Shown in pieces: positions 44,896 through 55,032 of a stretch of 64,000 bases of DNA. Where the stretch lies: the NCBI GenBank assembly GCA_039189765.1, contig JBCCYL010000006.1, positions 32,001-96,000 of the forward strand, in the 5' to 3' direction. The translations under genes and the position numbers were made by a program. How positions within the stretch are numbered: the first letter of the stretch is position 1; each line of letters opens with the position of its first letter. The notes beneath the pieces are model-generated. The model saw only the letters and a list, made by a program, of their open reading frames with translations, was not told where the DNA came from and did not search any database. This stretch comes from Cyanobacteria bacterium P01_F01_bin.150 (GTDB taxonomy: Bacteria > Cyanobacteriota > Cyanobacteriia > CAKZMO01).

Positions 44896-45825
44896 TCACT
44901 GCCAATCCTGAGGATAAAGAGGATCCATCGGAGACGACTTTAAGAGGACGCCCTCTGATAAATCGGAATTAATACAGATAGATACTTTAACGGGGCCATA
45001 GCGGGTACGTATCATCCCTTCAATTCGCTGAGAAATAATACGTGCAACCCCCATAAACTCAGGATGAACCCCCAGATGTAATTCTACAAACACGTACCGC
45101 CCCACCAACCCACGAGCGTTAGCTCGATAGCAATGACTGACTCCCTCTACCTGTTTAGCAATTTGAACTAAAACCTCAGGGGCGATCGCCACCTGTTCCA
45201 CCATAAACGGCAATTGCCAGTTAATTAGCTGCCAAACACTACCTCCCCCTATCAAGACCAACAAAATAGTGAGCACCGGGTCCAGCCAAATATATCCCCA
45301 GTGGACACCACTCAGCGCCAAAAAGACTACAATAGTCAACCATAGATCCCTGAGCGTTAGCTGAGCATTAAACCTTAAGACGGGCGATGCCAACATATGG
45401 CTACGATGACGTTTAAATATCACCAAGGCAAACATTACGACAATAATTGCAGCCAATATCTGCACGGCTTGCACAGTTAACAGTACGCTTCCCTGGTCTG
45501 AAAGCTCCAATGAATGAGCCGCCATGATCATCAGAGAAAATCCTGAAAATCCAAGAAAAGACATCACAATTAAGAGTCCCGCCATTTCTTGCTTTCCATG
45601 GCTCCAAACATTCTGCCACCCAAGCTTGCTCTTGGCAGTCAGAACTACCAGACTTAAAAATGTGCTGACACAATCAATTAAAGTATGGAGTGAACCCGCC
45701 AACACGCTCAATGAGTGAGTTGTCCACCCCAACCACAATTTTACCACGAGCACCATCAAGGTTAGCCAGAGCGACACAAAAAGCACCTGGTAGTTGGAAT
45801 AATGATGACTCACTTTATCAGGCAT
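44896..45825 (-). CDS. cation diffusion facilitator family transporter
   Basis: About 6 TM helices, SLS.LA.S.HTL.D, LDPVL and a C-terminal cytosolic domain (FVELHL.V). Confidence 0.85.
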   Translation of the reverse strand: MPDKVSHHYSNYQVLFVSLWLTLMVLVVKLWLGWTTHSLSVLAGSLHTLIDCVSTFLSLVVLTAKSKLGWQNVWSHGKQEMAGLLIVMSFLGFSGFSLMIMAAHSLELSDQGSVLLTVQAVQILAAIIVVMFALVIFKRHRSHMLASPVLRFNAQLTLRDLWLTIVVFLALSGVHWGYIWLDPVLTILLVLIGGGSVWQLINWQLPFMVEQVAIAPEVLVQIAKQVEGVSHCYRANARGLVGRYVFVELHLGVHPEFMGVARIISQRIEGMIRTRYGPVKVSICINSDLSEGVLLKSSPMDPLYPQDWQ

Positions 45826-45888
45826 AATGCATGGCTTGCGCTTTCAGAGGATAGGATAGCAGCTTATTGCAGTGATGGTTGGTTGTTT

Positions 45889-47199
45889 TTATGTTGAATA
45901 TGGATTATCCGGCAATAGCAGCATGGCGTCTCCAAATGAATAAAATCGATACTGCTGGGCGATCGCTTCTTCATACAATGCCAACAGAGTTTTCCGTCCA
46001 ATTAGGGCACTCACCATCATCATTAGGCTTGATTTCGGCAAATGAAAATTAGTGATTAAACCATCAATCACTCGCCACTGATATCCAGGATAAATAAAGA
46101 TATTCGTCTTCCCCTGAAAAGGTTTAAGAAGGCCATCTTGGGCAGCCCCTTCAAGTGCCCTTGTTGCCGTTGTTCCCACTGCAATCACCCGTCCCCCCCT
46201 AGCTTTAGTTTCCTGAATTTGAGCCACCGTTTCTTCAGGGACTTCAATCCATTCACCATGCATTTGATGGGTAGCAATATCCTCTACTTCCACCGGACGA
46301 AACGTGCCTACTCCTACATGGAGCGTAATAAATGCCTGTTTGACCCCCATTTCATCAAGCTGATTGAGCAATGATGGCGTGAAATGTAGACCTGCAGTTG
46401 GCGCAGCTACGGCACCAGGGCGATCGCCATACACCGTCTGATAGCGCTCCGGATCGACCTGATCATTAGAAATATAGGGCGGCAGCGGCACAGATCCCAA
46501 CTCCGGCAACACGTCCCAAAGCAAGAGCGATGAGTGATTTAAGGCCGACGGATCTAATGCCAGTAGCTCCCAGGGCTGAGGCATTGCGTCTAAGCCAGCA
46601 TCAGACAGTCCAGCAGCATCTAGCCCATACACCTCAAAATCAATCACTCGTCCCCCAGTTTGCTCATCAATTGATCGAATATGCCCCAAAACGATATGGC
46701 CACTGGCCGTAGGTCCAAACTGGATCATGGCTCCCGGCCGTAGACGTTTGCCAGGACGTACTAACGTCAGCCATTGATTATCCTCGTATTTTTCCAAAAG
46801 AAAAACCTCCACCAATGAAGGCGTAGGATTGGGGGGCGAGTGGGACGGCGATCGCTTATAGCCATACAGTCGCGCCGGAATAACACGGGTATTGTTAAGA
46901 ACCAGCAGGTCCCCTGACTTTAAGTAGTCAGGAAGATTAAAAAAGTGACGATGATCGTAGCTAAACTCAGCCCCAACGGTCGCCACATCAACGGTTGAAT
47001 CCTTACGGACTGGATAAATAGCTAGCAACCGAGAATGATCCCGAGGAGACACAGGAAACTGAGCAATAAACGCTTCTGGCAAATCATAGTCATAGGCGGA
47101 TAGCTGATCATCTCGTTGGCGACCCAACCCCTCACAGCCTCCATCATTTGCAGTACTGTGGGTATCATTCCAATCATTTCTTGGATTCTGCTGTGTCAT
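45889..47199 (-). CDS. queA: tRNA preQ1(34) S-adenosylmethionine ribosyltransferase-isomerase
   Basis: YDYDLP..IAQ.P, NNTRVIPARL, PLPPYI, YQTVY, AAPTAGLHF, TNFHLPKS and YRFYSFGDAM. Confidence 0.97.
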   Translation of the reverse strand: MTQQNPRNDWNDTHSTANDGGCEGLGRQRDDQLSAYDYDLPEAFIAQFPVSPRDHSRLLAIYPVRKDSTVDVATVGAEFSYDHRHFFNLPDYLKSGDLLVLNNTRVIPARLYGYKRSPSHSPPNPTPSLVEVFLLEKYEDNQWLTLVRPGKRLRPGAMIQFGPTASGHIVLGHIRSIDEQTGGRVIDFEVYGLDAAGLSDAGLDAMPQPWELLALDPSALNHSSLLLWDVLPELGSVPLPPYISNDQVDPERYQTVYGDRPGAVAAPTAGLHFTPSLLNQLDEMGVKQAFITLHVGVGTFRPVEVEDIATHQMHGEWIEVPEETVAQIQETKARGGRVIAVGTTATRALEGAAQDGLLKPFQGKTNIFIYPGYQWRVIDGLITNFHLPKSSLMMMVSALIGRKTLLALYEEAIAQQYRFYSFGDAMLLLPDNPYST

Positions 47200-47331
47200 A
47201 AATGAGTCTCAAATAGAACATAGGGGAAATACCCCCATCGCATTGCCAGGAATACGGGTGGACTTCCCCTATCGATTCACCCTAAGAAAAGTCAACATTA
47301 AAGGGTAGCATTGGCATGGAGTCTAAGAGTT

Positions 47332-47721
47332 ATGGATTATACTTACTACCTTGCAAATGCCAGTTTAACCTTGCGACTTGTTGAGTATCTGCACTCCACA
47401 TCTTGGCTTCCCGTCGATTTTATGACCGTAATTCATCAAATTGATGGGTGGGTTGTTCGAGTTCGATTAACAAAGACATTAGACCGAGTATACGCTGGTA
47501 ATTTCCAAGCATTTCTAAATGAGTTAGGCATTCCGTTTGAACCCACTGTCCGGGTTCGTATGGCCTGTTGGGGGTTAGAAACAGGGCAATCTGCCATAGA
47601 TGTCATGCGACGGTATCAAGTTGCCGTTGTTTCCCATGGTGCCCCCGATTCAAAAGAGATTGAGGCGTTTCGTCAGCAGTTTGTTCAAGGATTAGGGTAT
47701 TGTCCAGAAACACTGGCTTAA
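47332..47721 (+). CDS. conserved cyanobacterial hypothetical protein
   Basis: MDYTYYLANASLTLR...GLGYCPETLA; clean ORF divergent from queA. Confidence 0.8.
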   Translation: MDYTYYLANASLTLRLVEYLHSTSWLPVDFMTVIHQIDGWVVRVRLTKTLDRVYAGNFQAFLNELGIPFEPTVRVRMACWGLETGQSAIDVMRRYQVAVVSHGAPDSKEIEAFRQQFVQGLGYCPETLA

Positions 47722-47788
47722 TGCTAAATGTTCCTCAAACATCATTAATGAAAAAGATTTCTTGCGTTTTGGAGAATTCACATCGCCA

Positions 47789-48313
47789 CTACTCTACATC
47801 AAAAGCCCCTTGAATGTAGTGCTGGATTGTAAATTCAATCTTTTGATCATCTACCGTAGTCCAATCAGGCGTAGAAACACCGTTAAAAGTCTGATCAGAA
47901 CGACTATCAAGTGCTGTTAGACCTGAGTCCTGTGGACCTTTCCAAAAGGAGCCACAGGGCCTTTTTTCATAGCCGATCAGCGCTACATCAAAGCGGCAGT
48001 TAAAATTAGCGAAGCCAGCGTTTTCAGATAGGAAGGTCTGGGCAGCTAAAATCAGCTTTTGTCGCTTTTGAGGAGTAATGGACAATAGCCCTGACTGGTC
48101 CCAATTACCGTTGAACCTACCGCACCCGTTACCAGCATGCCTGACCTTAACCTCCACAAAGACAAGCTGCTGAGAGGGTGCTGGAGCCTGGACGATAATA
48201 TCAATCTCCCCCCACCGACAGTGCCAGCGCTGGGCAAGAATAATCCAACCATTTTGCTCTAGGCAATGAGCCACAAAGCACTCACCCAGCTCACCAATAC
48301 GCTGATTGGACAC
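47789..48313 (-). CDS. yraN: YraN (UPF0102) family protein
   Basis: G..GE, W.CRWGEIDII, LVFVEVK.R, CRFDV and YI.GAF. Confidence 0.88.
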   Translation of the reverse strand: MSNQRIGELGECFVAHCLEQNGWIILAQRWHCRWGEIDIIVQAPAPSQQLVFVEVKVRHAGNGCGRFNGNWDQSGLLSITPQKRQKLILAAQTFLSENAGFANFNCRFDVALIGYEKRPCGSFWKGPQDSGLTALDSRSDQTFNGVSTPDWTTVDDQKIEFTIQHYIQGAFDVE

Positions 48314-48324
48314 AACGCTAGAAT

Positions 48325-48807
48325 CTACCCAGCTTTAACAGACTTCATTAGATTAGCTAATTCAATGGCAGACATGCCGTACTCCCATCCCTTATTACTC
48401 TTAATGCCAGCACGTTCTAATGCTTGCTGGAGCGTATCAGTGGTCAATATGCCAAAAATAATCGGCACCCCCGTCTGCATACTGGCGGCGGCTATGCCCT
48501 TCGAGACCTCTGCGGCAACATAGTCAAAATGGGGCGTTCCCCCACGAATGACGGCACCTATACAGATCACTGAGTCATAGCGGGACGTGAGGGCTAATTG
48601 CTTTGCTAACAGAGGAATTTCAAAGCTACCAGGTACCCAAGCATAGTCCACTTGGGAGCCATCAGGGTCAACATCAACACCATGACGCTTTAAACAATCT
48701 TGACATCCTGATAAAAGCTTACCAGTAACCAAATCATTAAATCGGCTGATAACAATTGCAAACTTCATGGAGCTTGCATCAGCAAACGAACCCTCAAAAA
48801 CCGCCAT
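48325..48807 (-). CDS. ribH: 6,7-dimethyl-8-ribityllumazine synthase
   Basis: [24 protein letters not shown] and NKGWE. Confidence 0.98.
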   Translation of the reverse strand: MAVFEGSFADASSMKFAIVISRFNDLVTGKLLSGCQDCLKRHGVDVDPDGSQVDYAWVPGSFEIPLLAKQLALTSRYDSVICIGAVIRGGTPHFDYVAAEVSKGIAAASMQTGVPIIFGILTTDTLQQALERAGIKSNKGWEYGMSAIELANLMKSVKAG

Positions 48808-48880
48808 ATGCTGTAAACGTAACTATCCAAACGTAATGTAAACAAACGAAATCAAAAACAGAATTTAGTTCTTTTGGCAA

Positions 48881-49072
48881 TTATGTAACTAAGTAGTTAA
48901 GAACGCCTACGACAATAACTAAGCCAGCCCAAACCACAGAACCCAATAATATTAGCTGCTTAGATCGGTCCCACCCCTGAGGAACTGCATACCCAATGGG
49001 TACACCAATTACCATGACAAAAGATAAGAGAACAAGAGCGGCCAATAGGACTTGAAACAGAATTGTTAACAC
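48881..49072 (-). CDS. psbZ: photosystem II protein PsbZ
   Basis: [32 protein letters not shown] start after GGGGG; usual position upstream of ribH. Confidence 0.96.
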   Translation of the reverse strand: MLTILFQVLLAALVLLSFVMVIGVPIGYAVPQGWDRSKQLILLGSVVWAGLVIVVGVLNYLVT

Positions 49073-49375
49073 TGTATTTACCCCCAGTAATGCAAACGTC
49101 GATTTGTACAAAAGCATTATACAAACCGTGATTTTCTAAGGCTGAATCATGAATTCAGGCGAAAATCAGTTAAACTCAATGCGCCCTTAAAGGACACTGA
49201 TTATAAAAACCCTCTATGTACACTATCAGAAATTGATGCAGAAATTGTTGGATTGCAGTTCGAATTTCGCATAACAATCTCAAATCTCAATTTAATGCAG
49301 CTAGAGTTTCCTATAAATGTACTGGAGCAAAAACGCCTGTGTCCTCACTACAGTGACTATTCTCAGACAACAATG

Positions 49376-51457
49376 CTAAGTGTTAGCCACTGGCAGGCTA
49401 GAGGCGGCACCCAGCAACATTTGAGTGTAAGGATGTTGAGCATTCGTAAAGAGCTCTGCGGTAGGCCCCATCTCCACAATCTGGCCCGAATTCATCACGG
49501 CAATGCGATCGCACAGAAACCGCGCCACCCACAAATCATGGGTAATAAATAGATAGGTGAGATCAAATTCGTCTTTGAGTTCAATCATCAAGTTCAACAC
49601 CTGGGCCTGGACACTCGCATCCAGCATGCTGACCGGCTCATCACAAATCAACAGCTTTGGACGGGTAATTAGAGCACGAGCGATCGCCACCCGTTGCTGC
49701 TGCCCACCCGATAGTTCGCCCGGATAGCGCGAATAATAAATCTCAACAGGGGTCAGCCCCACCCGCTCCATCATGGCCTGGACCTGGAGCTTCACCTTCC
49801 CTGGGGATGCTAGCTGATGAATGCGCAACGGATCGCCAATGCCCTCCCCCACGGTCATCATCGGATTGAGACAAGCATGGGGGTCCTGGAAAATCATCTG
49901 GATTTGTCGACGCTGCTGCTGCATATCAGCACGGGATAGCTGCGTTAAATCCTGGCCTAAAAATTCAACACTCCCTGAAGTCGGCTTAACTAGCTGCAAA
50001 ATAGTCCGCGACAGAGTACTTTTACCACAGCCCGACTCTCCCACTAAGCCAAAAATTTCCCCAGCCTGTAACTCAAAACTCACATCATCGACCGCTTTAA
50101 TCGTTTGAGTTTTTGCCTTAGAAAACAGCTTAGCAAGAATATTTTTCTCTAAAACATAATACTGCTTGAGATGACGAACCCGTAACAAGGGCAAATCACT
50201 ATCTACCTCAAGCGATGAACGATCATCAAACGGATCAAACGGGGCAATTCCCTCTGCTTCACCATCATAGGAGTGATCATTAGGTAAAAGAGGCTCACTT
50301 GGATAGTCACCCATCTCTGATTCCCAAGGATCTTCGTCCAACCAAGCAACATCTAACGTCTTGCTCTCTTCTCCTTCAGCCTCTTCTCCTAACATCTCTA
50401 TCGCCTCTATCGCCTCTGCCACATCTTCATCGCTTTCCCCATCAACCTCTTCTCTTGCAGTTTGCTCCCCTGTTCCCCTGCTCCCCTGCTCCTCTGCTCC
50501 CTTATCCCTAGCACTCTGCTGCAACTCCAGCGCCGCATCAAGCAGCGATCGCGTATACTCATGCTCAGGCTGAGTCAGCACGGTATGCGAATCTCCCAGT
50601 TCCACCATTTTGCCCTGGTACATTACCGCAATGCGATCGCAATATTCCCCCACTAATGCCAGATCATGGGAAATCAATATTAACGCCATATCTCGCTCCT
50701 CACACAGGCGAGTCAGTTCCTGCAAAATTTGAGCCGAGATCGTGACATCTAAACTAGTGGTGGGTTCATCAGCGACAATCAGTTTAGGGTCTAGCAGTAG
50801 GGCAAGGGCGATCGCCACTCGCTGGCGCATACCACCGCTAAATTCATGGGGATATTGGGTCCAGCGACTAGCAGGAATACTCACGGCGGCCAGGGTAGCG
50901 ATCGCCAATTGTTTAGCTGCCGAGCGAGACATCTTTGGTCGATGGGCTTGAATCGTCTCTAAACAATGCTCTCCAATGGTCATCAGCGGGTCCAATCGGG
51001 TCATGGGGTCCTGAAAAATCAGGGCAATGGACTCACCGCGAAATTGCCTCAATTGTTCCGCACCCAAGCTTAGGACCGACCGACCATCAAACTCAATGTT
51101 TCCCTGAATAATCGAGCCAGGGGGTAACAGACGCATAATTGCCCGCCCCAAAGTGGACTTACCACAACCCGACTCACCAACCAAGCCTAACCGCCCTCCC
51201 CGCTTTAGGCTAAAGTCCACATCCTGGACAGCCCATTGGATAGCATCAGCTTCTTCAGTTTCTTCCCCGGTCTCCCTGCCCTGTATAGACTGGGGATAAG
51301 CTAAGTTAAGATGATTCACCTGAAGCAGAACATCCTGACTCGATTCGGTGACAGACGTGACAGGCAATGATGGCGGTTCAGGCAAGTCAGAATTCATAAC
51401 ACCACTCATAGCGAGACTGGGTAAAGAGCAGATATGCATTGCTCCAGTGGTGGCCAT
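49376..51457 (-). CDS. peptide/nickel ABC transporter fused double ATP-binding protein with a long acidic linker
   Basis: Two GESGCGKS Walker A motifs, FSGGMRQR / LSGGQQQR signatures and DEPT/DEPV. Confidence 0.93.
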   Translation of the reverse strand: MATTGAMHICSLPSLAMSGVMNSDLPEPPSLPVTSVTESSQDVLLQVNHLNLAYPQSIQGRETGEETEEADAIQWAVQDVDFSLKRGGRLGLVGESGCGKSTLGRAIMRLLPPGSIIQGNIEFDGRSVLSLGAEQLRQFRGESIALIFQDPMTRLDPLMTIGEHCLETIQAHRPKMSRSAAKQLAIATLAAVSIPASRWTQYPHEFSGGMRQRVAIALALLLDPKLIVADEPTTSLDVTISAQILQELTRLCEERDMALILISHDLALVGEYCDRIAVMYQGKMVELGDSHTVLTQPEHEYTRSLLDAALELQQSARDKGAEEQGSRGTGEQTAREEVDGESDEDVAEAIEAIEMLGEEAEGEESKTLDVAWLDEDPWESEMGDYPSEPLLPNDHSYDGEAEGIAPFDPFDDRSSLEVDSDLPLLRVRHLKQYYVLEKNILAKLFSKAKTQTIKAVDDVSFELQAGEIFGLVGESGCGKSTLSRTILQLVKPTSGSVEFLGQDLTQLSRADMQQQRRQIQMIFQDPHACLNPMMTVGEGIGDPLRIHQLASPGKVKLQVQAMMERVGLTPVEIYYSRYPGELSGGQQQRVAIARALITRPKLLICDEPVSMLDASVQAQVLNLMIELKDEFDLTYLFITHDLWVARFLCDRIAVMNSGQIVEMGPTAELFTNAQHPYTQMLLGAASSLPVANT
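50463..50502. repeat. octamer (TGCTCCCC-type) tandem repeat inside the ABC gene linker
   Basis: TGCTCCCC TGTTCCCC TGCTCCCC TGCTCCTC TGCTCCCT. Confidence 0.8.
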
Positions 51458-51466
51458 TATATCGTC

Positions 51467-52474
51467 TCAAAGCGCTGGGACTTGAAGCTGCCGATAAATA
51501 TCACTTTCGACAAAGCTCTGTAGAAAATATTCACCAGAGATTTTTTTACGAGTATCACAATTTTTCAAATATTCATGGGTTGCCTTAACTCGTCCTAAAT
51601 CCATAATCTTCTGTGCCGCTTCCTCCAATGTTTCAAAATACAGAGGATAATCTATTCCCAAATATTCAACGACAGCAGGTCGTGGATTGATCAGCAATGG
51701 CGTTGCCCTAGCAATACATTCCACCACAGCAGTATTGGCACTAGCATCATATAAGCAGAGAAAACCTATATTCTCTGAAAGCAATACATCATAATCCTGA
51801 TTAGAAACATGATCAACGTCACGAGTATTGTCTAAAAATTCAGACCTCAAAACTAAATTCTCTGCCTTTCTCTCGGCCTCACAAAACCAGTTGATCCGCT
51901 TATTTTTATCATTAAAGAAATTTGGATTTAACTTCACCTTTTCGTACCCAATAGGGTTGCCCTTGGCGATCGGTAATTGATAAATCGCATTTAGTTTTCT
52001 TAGAAACCAGCCAAGTTGAACAATTTTCTTCTGGCCATTCGCAACAAAGCGATCAAAGTCAAATTGAACATCAGGAATCTCAGTCGGATAGATGAGTGAA
52101 GAAACAGGCTTATTAATCTGAGGCTGTAACCAATCTGCCAGATACTGCGATAGACAAAATATGCCTACGCAATTGTACAAGCTATCCTGAAATTCAGGTT
52201 GTTCTATGACTGGCTTGACTGTTTCAGGATAAAAAAACCACTGAGGAATAATAGGAGGATTATGTAAAAAACCAACCCATGGCTGGCGATAAGGTGGCTC
52301 GACCTGATCAGGCTTATATTCCTTCCACATAAAACTCATTTCAAGAAACCCATCAAACAGCAATCCCTCTGGATTGTGCAAGGGTTTTAATGCATCTAAC
52401 GCATATCCCCACCCCGAGCGATGGCTACTAAAAGTGTGCTGTGCTCCAAGATTAATTTTTTTTTCTAAGTTCAT
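51467..52474 (-). CDS. hypothetical glycosyltransferase-like protein
   Basis: HRSGW, PWVGFLH, GWFLR and a GT-B-like C-terminus LYDASANTAVVECIARATP...VVEYLG. Confidence 0.65.
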   Translation of the reverse strand: MNLEKKINLGAQHTFSSHRSGWGYALDALKPLHNPEGLLFDGFLEMSFMWKEYKPDQVEPPYRQPWVGFLHNPPIIPQWFFYPETVKPVIEQPEFQDSLYNCVGIFCLSQYLADWLQPQINKPVSSLIYPTEIPDVQFDFDRFVANGQKKIVQLGWFLRKLNAIYQLPIAKGNPIGYEKVKLNPNFFNDKNKRINWFCEAERKAENLVLRSEFLDNTRDVDHVSNQDYDVLLSENIGFLCLYDASANTAVVECIARATPLLINPRPAVVEYLGIDYPLYFETLEEAAQKIMDLGRVKATHEYLKNCDTRKKISGEYFLQSFVESDIYRQLQVPAL

Positions 52475-52521
52475 AAATATAATTGATACTTTTTTAGAAA
52501 CTATGGCTTGTATTTTAAGGA

Positions 52522-52554
52522 GGGAAACCGGGGTGCTCCGCGCCCCAGTTTCCC
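52522..52554. repeat. 33-bp palindromic dispersed repeat, copy 1
   Basis: GGGAAACCGGGGTGCTCCGCGCCCCAGTTTCCC; its reverse complement matches 62245-62277 with 2 mismatches. Confidence 0.85.
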
Positions 52555-52736
52555 GTCAAATTATTTCAGGATTAAATTTTAATCTGAAACTATTCAATAA
52601 AAACAAGCTAATTCAATTGTTAGATATAAGGACAATATTTTTCTAGTACCATTTTCAAAGTAATCTAAGCAAAATGTTGTTCTATAGCCTATGCTTAAAA
52701 TTATCTAAACAGTCACTAAAATCCCATATCATTTAG

Positions 52737-53582
52737 CTACATTAATGCCCAATCAAATTGCGCATCATTAAACTGTACTGCCATTTTCTCCACCAAAAAT
52801 TTTCTATCCTGAGTATCAGGCAAGAAAAAAAAGTTGTTGACATAACGCATTTCCTTACGTGATACAGGACGATCTATTTCCTGGGGATTTTGAAGATCAT
52901 CACTAAATGAACTCAATGGAAGTATGGCACCGTCCCACGCATAAAAACCTTGATATCCAAAGTCACTGAAAAAGTCTTGTATCGTTTGCAACGCATTAGC
53001 ACGATGCCGCTCTTCCGCTTCCACGAGAAACACTGGTTTCTGCTCGCTAATCAATTTTTTCCCTCCAGCCAAAACCTCCATTTCATGGCCTTCAACATCA
53101 ATTTTCACAAAACTGATCGGCTTGTCGAACAGAACATCCAGTGTGGATGTCTCTACGGAATAGTTATCAATCTTTGGATATGAGGCAATTACAGAGCGAT
53201 CAAGGGTTCCAAGAGTATTGACATGAAGATCATCCTCAATCGGAAAAAAGTACTCCGCCACTCCAGCTGATTGTGACAGCGCGTATGGATAAATTGACGC
53301 ATTAGGCAGACATAAGTCTCTCAAATTGGCCAAGCACCCTGGGCTGGGTTCAAATGCATGAACATAACGCGAAAACATAGACATTAAGGCCGTATACCGT
53401 CCGCGATTAGCCCCAACATCAATACATTCTGTGTCTTTGTTTAAGAAAATAGGCACAATAGCCTGTTCAGGTTCTGCCCATTTATCTTTGTAGAAGTATT
53501 TTTTAGCAAGATGTCGAGGAAACAGGGACCATCCTAGCGTTTTGACTATCTTATTCATCGTCTTTGTCCTGCTGATCAGCAT
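52737..53582 (-). CDS. FkbM family methyltransferase
   Basis: IDVGANRG, AFEP and FVKIDVEGHE. Confidence 0.92.
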   Translation of the reverse strand: MLISRTKTMNKIVKTLGWSLFPRHLAKKYFYKDKWAEPEQAIVPIFLNKDTECIDVGANRGRYTALMSMFSRYVHAFEPSPGCLANLRDLCLPNASIYPYALSQSAGVAEYFFPIEDDLHVNTLGTLDRSVIASYPKIDNYSVETSTLDVLFDKPISFVKIDVEGHEMEVLAGGKKLISEQKPVFLVEAEERHRANALQTIQDFFSDFGYQGFYAWDGAILPLSSFSDDLQNPQEIDRPVSRKEMRYVNNFFFLPDTQDRKFLVEKMAVQFNDAQFDWALM

Positions 53583-53618
53583 ATGTCTGAAGACAGTGCC
53601 ACGGTCTAATGAGTGGGC

Positions 53619-54377
53619 TTACTTATCGGCCTTGTACTGAGTTGCATTGCGACCAATGTGAGCGATCGCTTCTCCACCGTCAACCATTAAGACTTGCCCC
53701 GTCATAAAATCATTGTCCACGAGATGAACAACCGCACTTGTAATATTTTTAGTTGTTCCTTGCTTTTGCAGCGGAATACCTTGAATTCGCCAATTAATAT
53801 AATCATCTGAGCGAGTATCTGCGGGTAGAACCACTCCCGGAGCAACACCATTGACCCGAATATTGGGAGCGAACTCTAGTGCTGCTATTTTCACAAACTC
53901 CGCTAACGCTTTTTTCGACAGTAAGTAAGCGGCATATGCGTATTGGTTGTAGGCGATTTTATTATCACAAATATTGATAATATGACCCGACTGGCAGTGC
54001 TTAGCAAACCCTTTAGAAAGGAAAAATGGAGCACGAAGGTTGATAGAAAATTGCTGGTCAAACATATCAACAGACGTTGATTCAATTTCCCCTGACGTGT
54101 AAGCTGATGCGCTATTAACCAACACTGACAAATGGGGCATCTTTTCTTTAACCTGCCCAACAAAGGTCTCTAAAGATGATGCATCAGCAAGGTCCTGCGG
54201 AAAGAGTTCGCAGGCGACACCAATGGCCCGAATTTCTGCCTGGGTTTCAGCCGCTTTATCGCTAGACGAGTAGTAGTGCAGCGCAATATCAAAACCTGAT
54301 TGGGCAAGTGCAATGGCGATCGCTTTCCCCAATCGAATGGCACTGCCAGTGACTAGTGCAGCTTTTTGGTGTTTCAC
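53619..54377 (-). CDS. SDR oxidoreductase, FolM/pteridine reductase-like
   Basis: TGSAIRLG, ALHY, LVNSAS, YLLSK, IRVNGVAPG and FMTGQVL.VDGG. Adjacent to a folK-like gene. Confidence 0.85.
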   Translation of the reverse strand: MKHQKAALVTGSAIRLGKAIAIALAQSGFDIALHYYSSSDKAAETQAEIRAIGVACELFPQDLADASSLETFVGQVKEKMPHLSVLVNSASAYTSGEIESTSVDMFDQQFSINLRAPFFLSKGFAKHCQSGHIINICDNKIAYNQYAYAAYLLSKKALAEFVKIAALEFAPNIRVNGVAPGVVLPADTRSDDYINWRIQGIPLQKQGTTKNITSAVVHLVDNDFMTGQVLMVDGGEAIAHIGRNATQYKADK

Positions 54378-54528
54378 CGTTAATGTCCCTATGAACTAAC
54401 AAATCATGTACAACGAACAACGTGGAGTGCGTCTCCATCAATTAAATTCGGGGTACTGGCCCCCAAGCGCCCGTCATAGACTAGCATGGTACAGATACCA
54501 CTAGCTATTTTTAAGCAAGAGAAAAAAA

Positions 54529-55032
54529 TCATGTGGGCAAAGAGGCTGGCTGATAGCCATAACGAGCAGAAGTAATCTGTAAGGGCACCGTGACACTATC
54601 TAAGCTGGAAAAATAGTGGGGCAAGCTCGCTAACAGTTCAAATAAGATTAATCGACAGTAATCAGGTGCTTCAGCCACTCCCTTAAGCCAGTCATCATCA
54701 GTATTAATTTCAATCAAAATATCTAGGTCAATCGTTCTATCTTTAACTTTTCTCAGTGGATCAGAGCGATCGCGTCCTAAGTCAGCTTCGATGCCATTAA
54801 AAATCCCCTTCAGCATGATTGGATCTAGTTCACATTCTAGGTACGCAATCATATTCAAAAACTTATGATCGCTGACTATACCAACAGGCTCAGTCTGTAT
54901 AGCACGACTCAACACACATTGAGATACGTGTGGGCGTAATTTTTCAAGTGCAAGAGGCACATTTTTATTGGCATCAATATTACTGCCAATACCAACTAAA
55001 TATTTTCGTTGCCTGGTAGATCCGTTACTCAA
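54529..55032 (-). CDS. folK: 2-amino-4-hydroxy-6-hydroxymethyldihydropteridine diphosphokinase-like protein (divergent C-terminus)
   Basis: GIGSNI, TEPVG, FLN, IE..LGR.R and RTIDLDIL. Confidence 0.8.
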   Translation of the reverse strand: MSNGSTRQRKYLVGIGSNIDANKNVPLALEKLRPHVSQCVLSRAIQTEPVGIVSDHKFLNMIAYLECELDPIMLKGIFNGIEADLGRDRSDPLRKVKDRTIDLDILIEINTDDDWLKGVAEAPDYCRLILFELLASLPHYFSSLDSVTVPLQITSARYGYQPASLPT

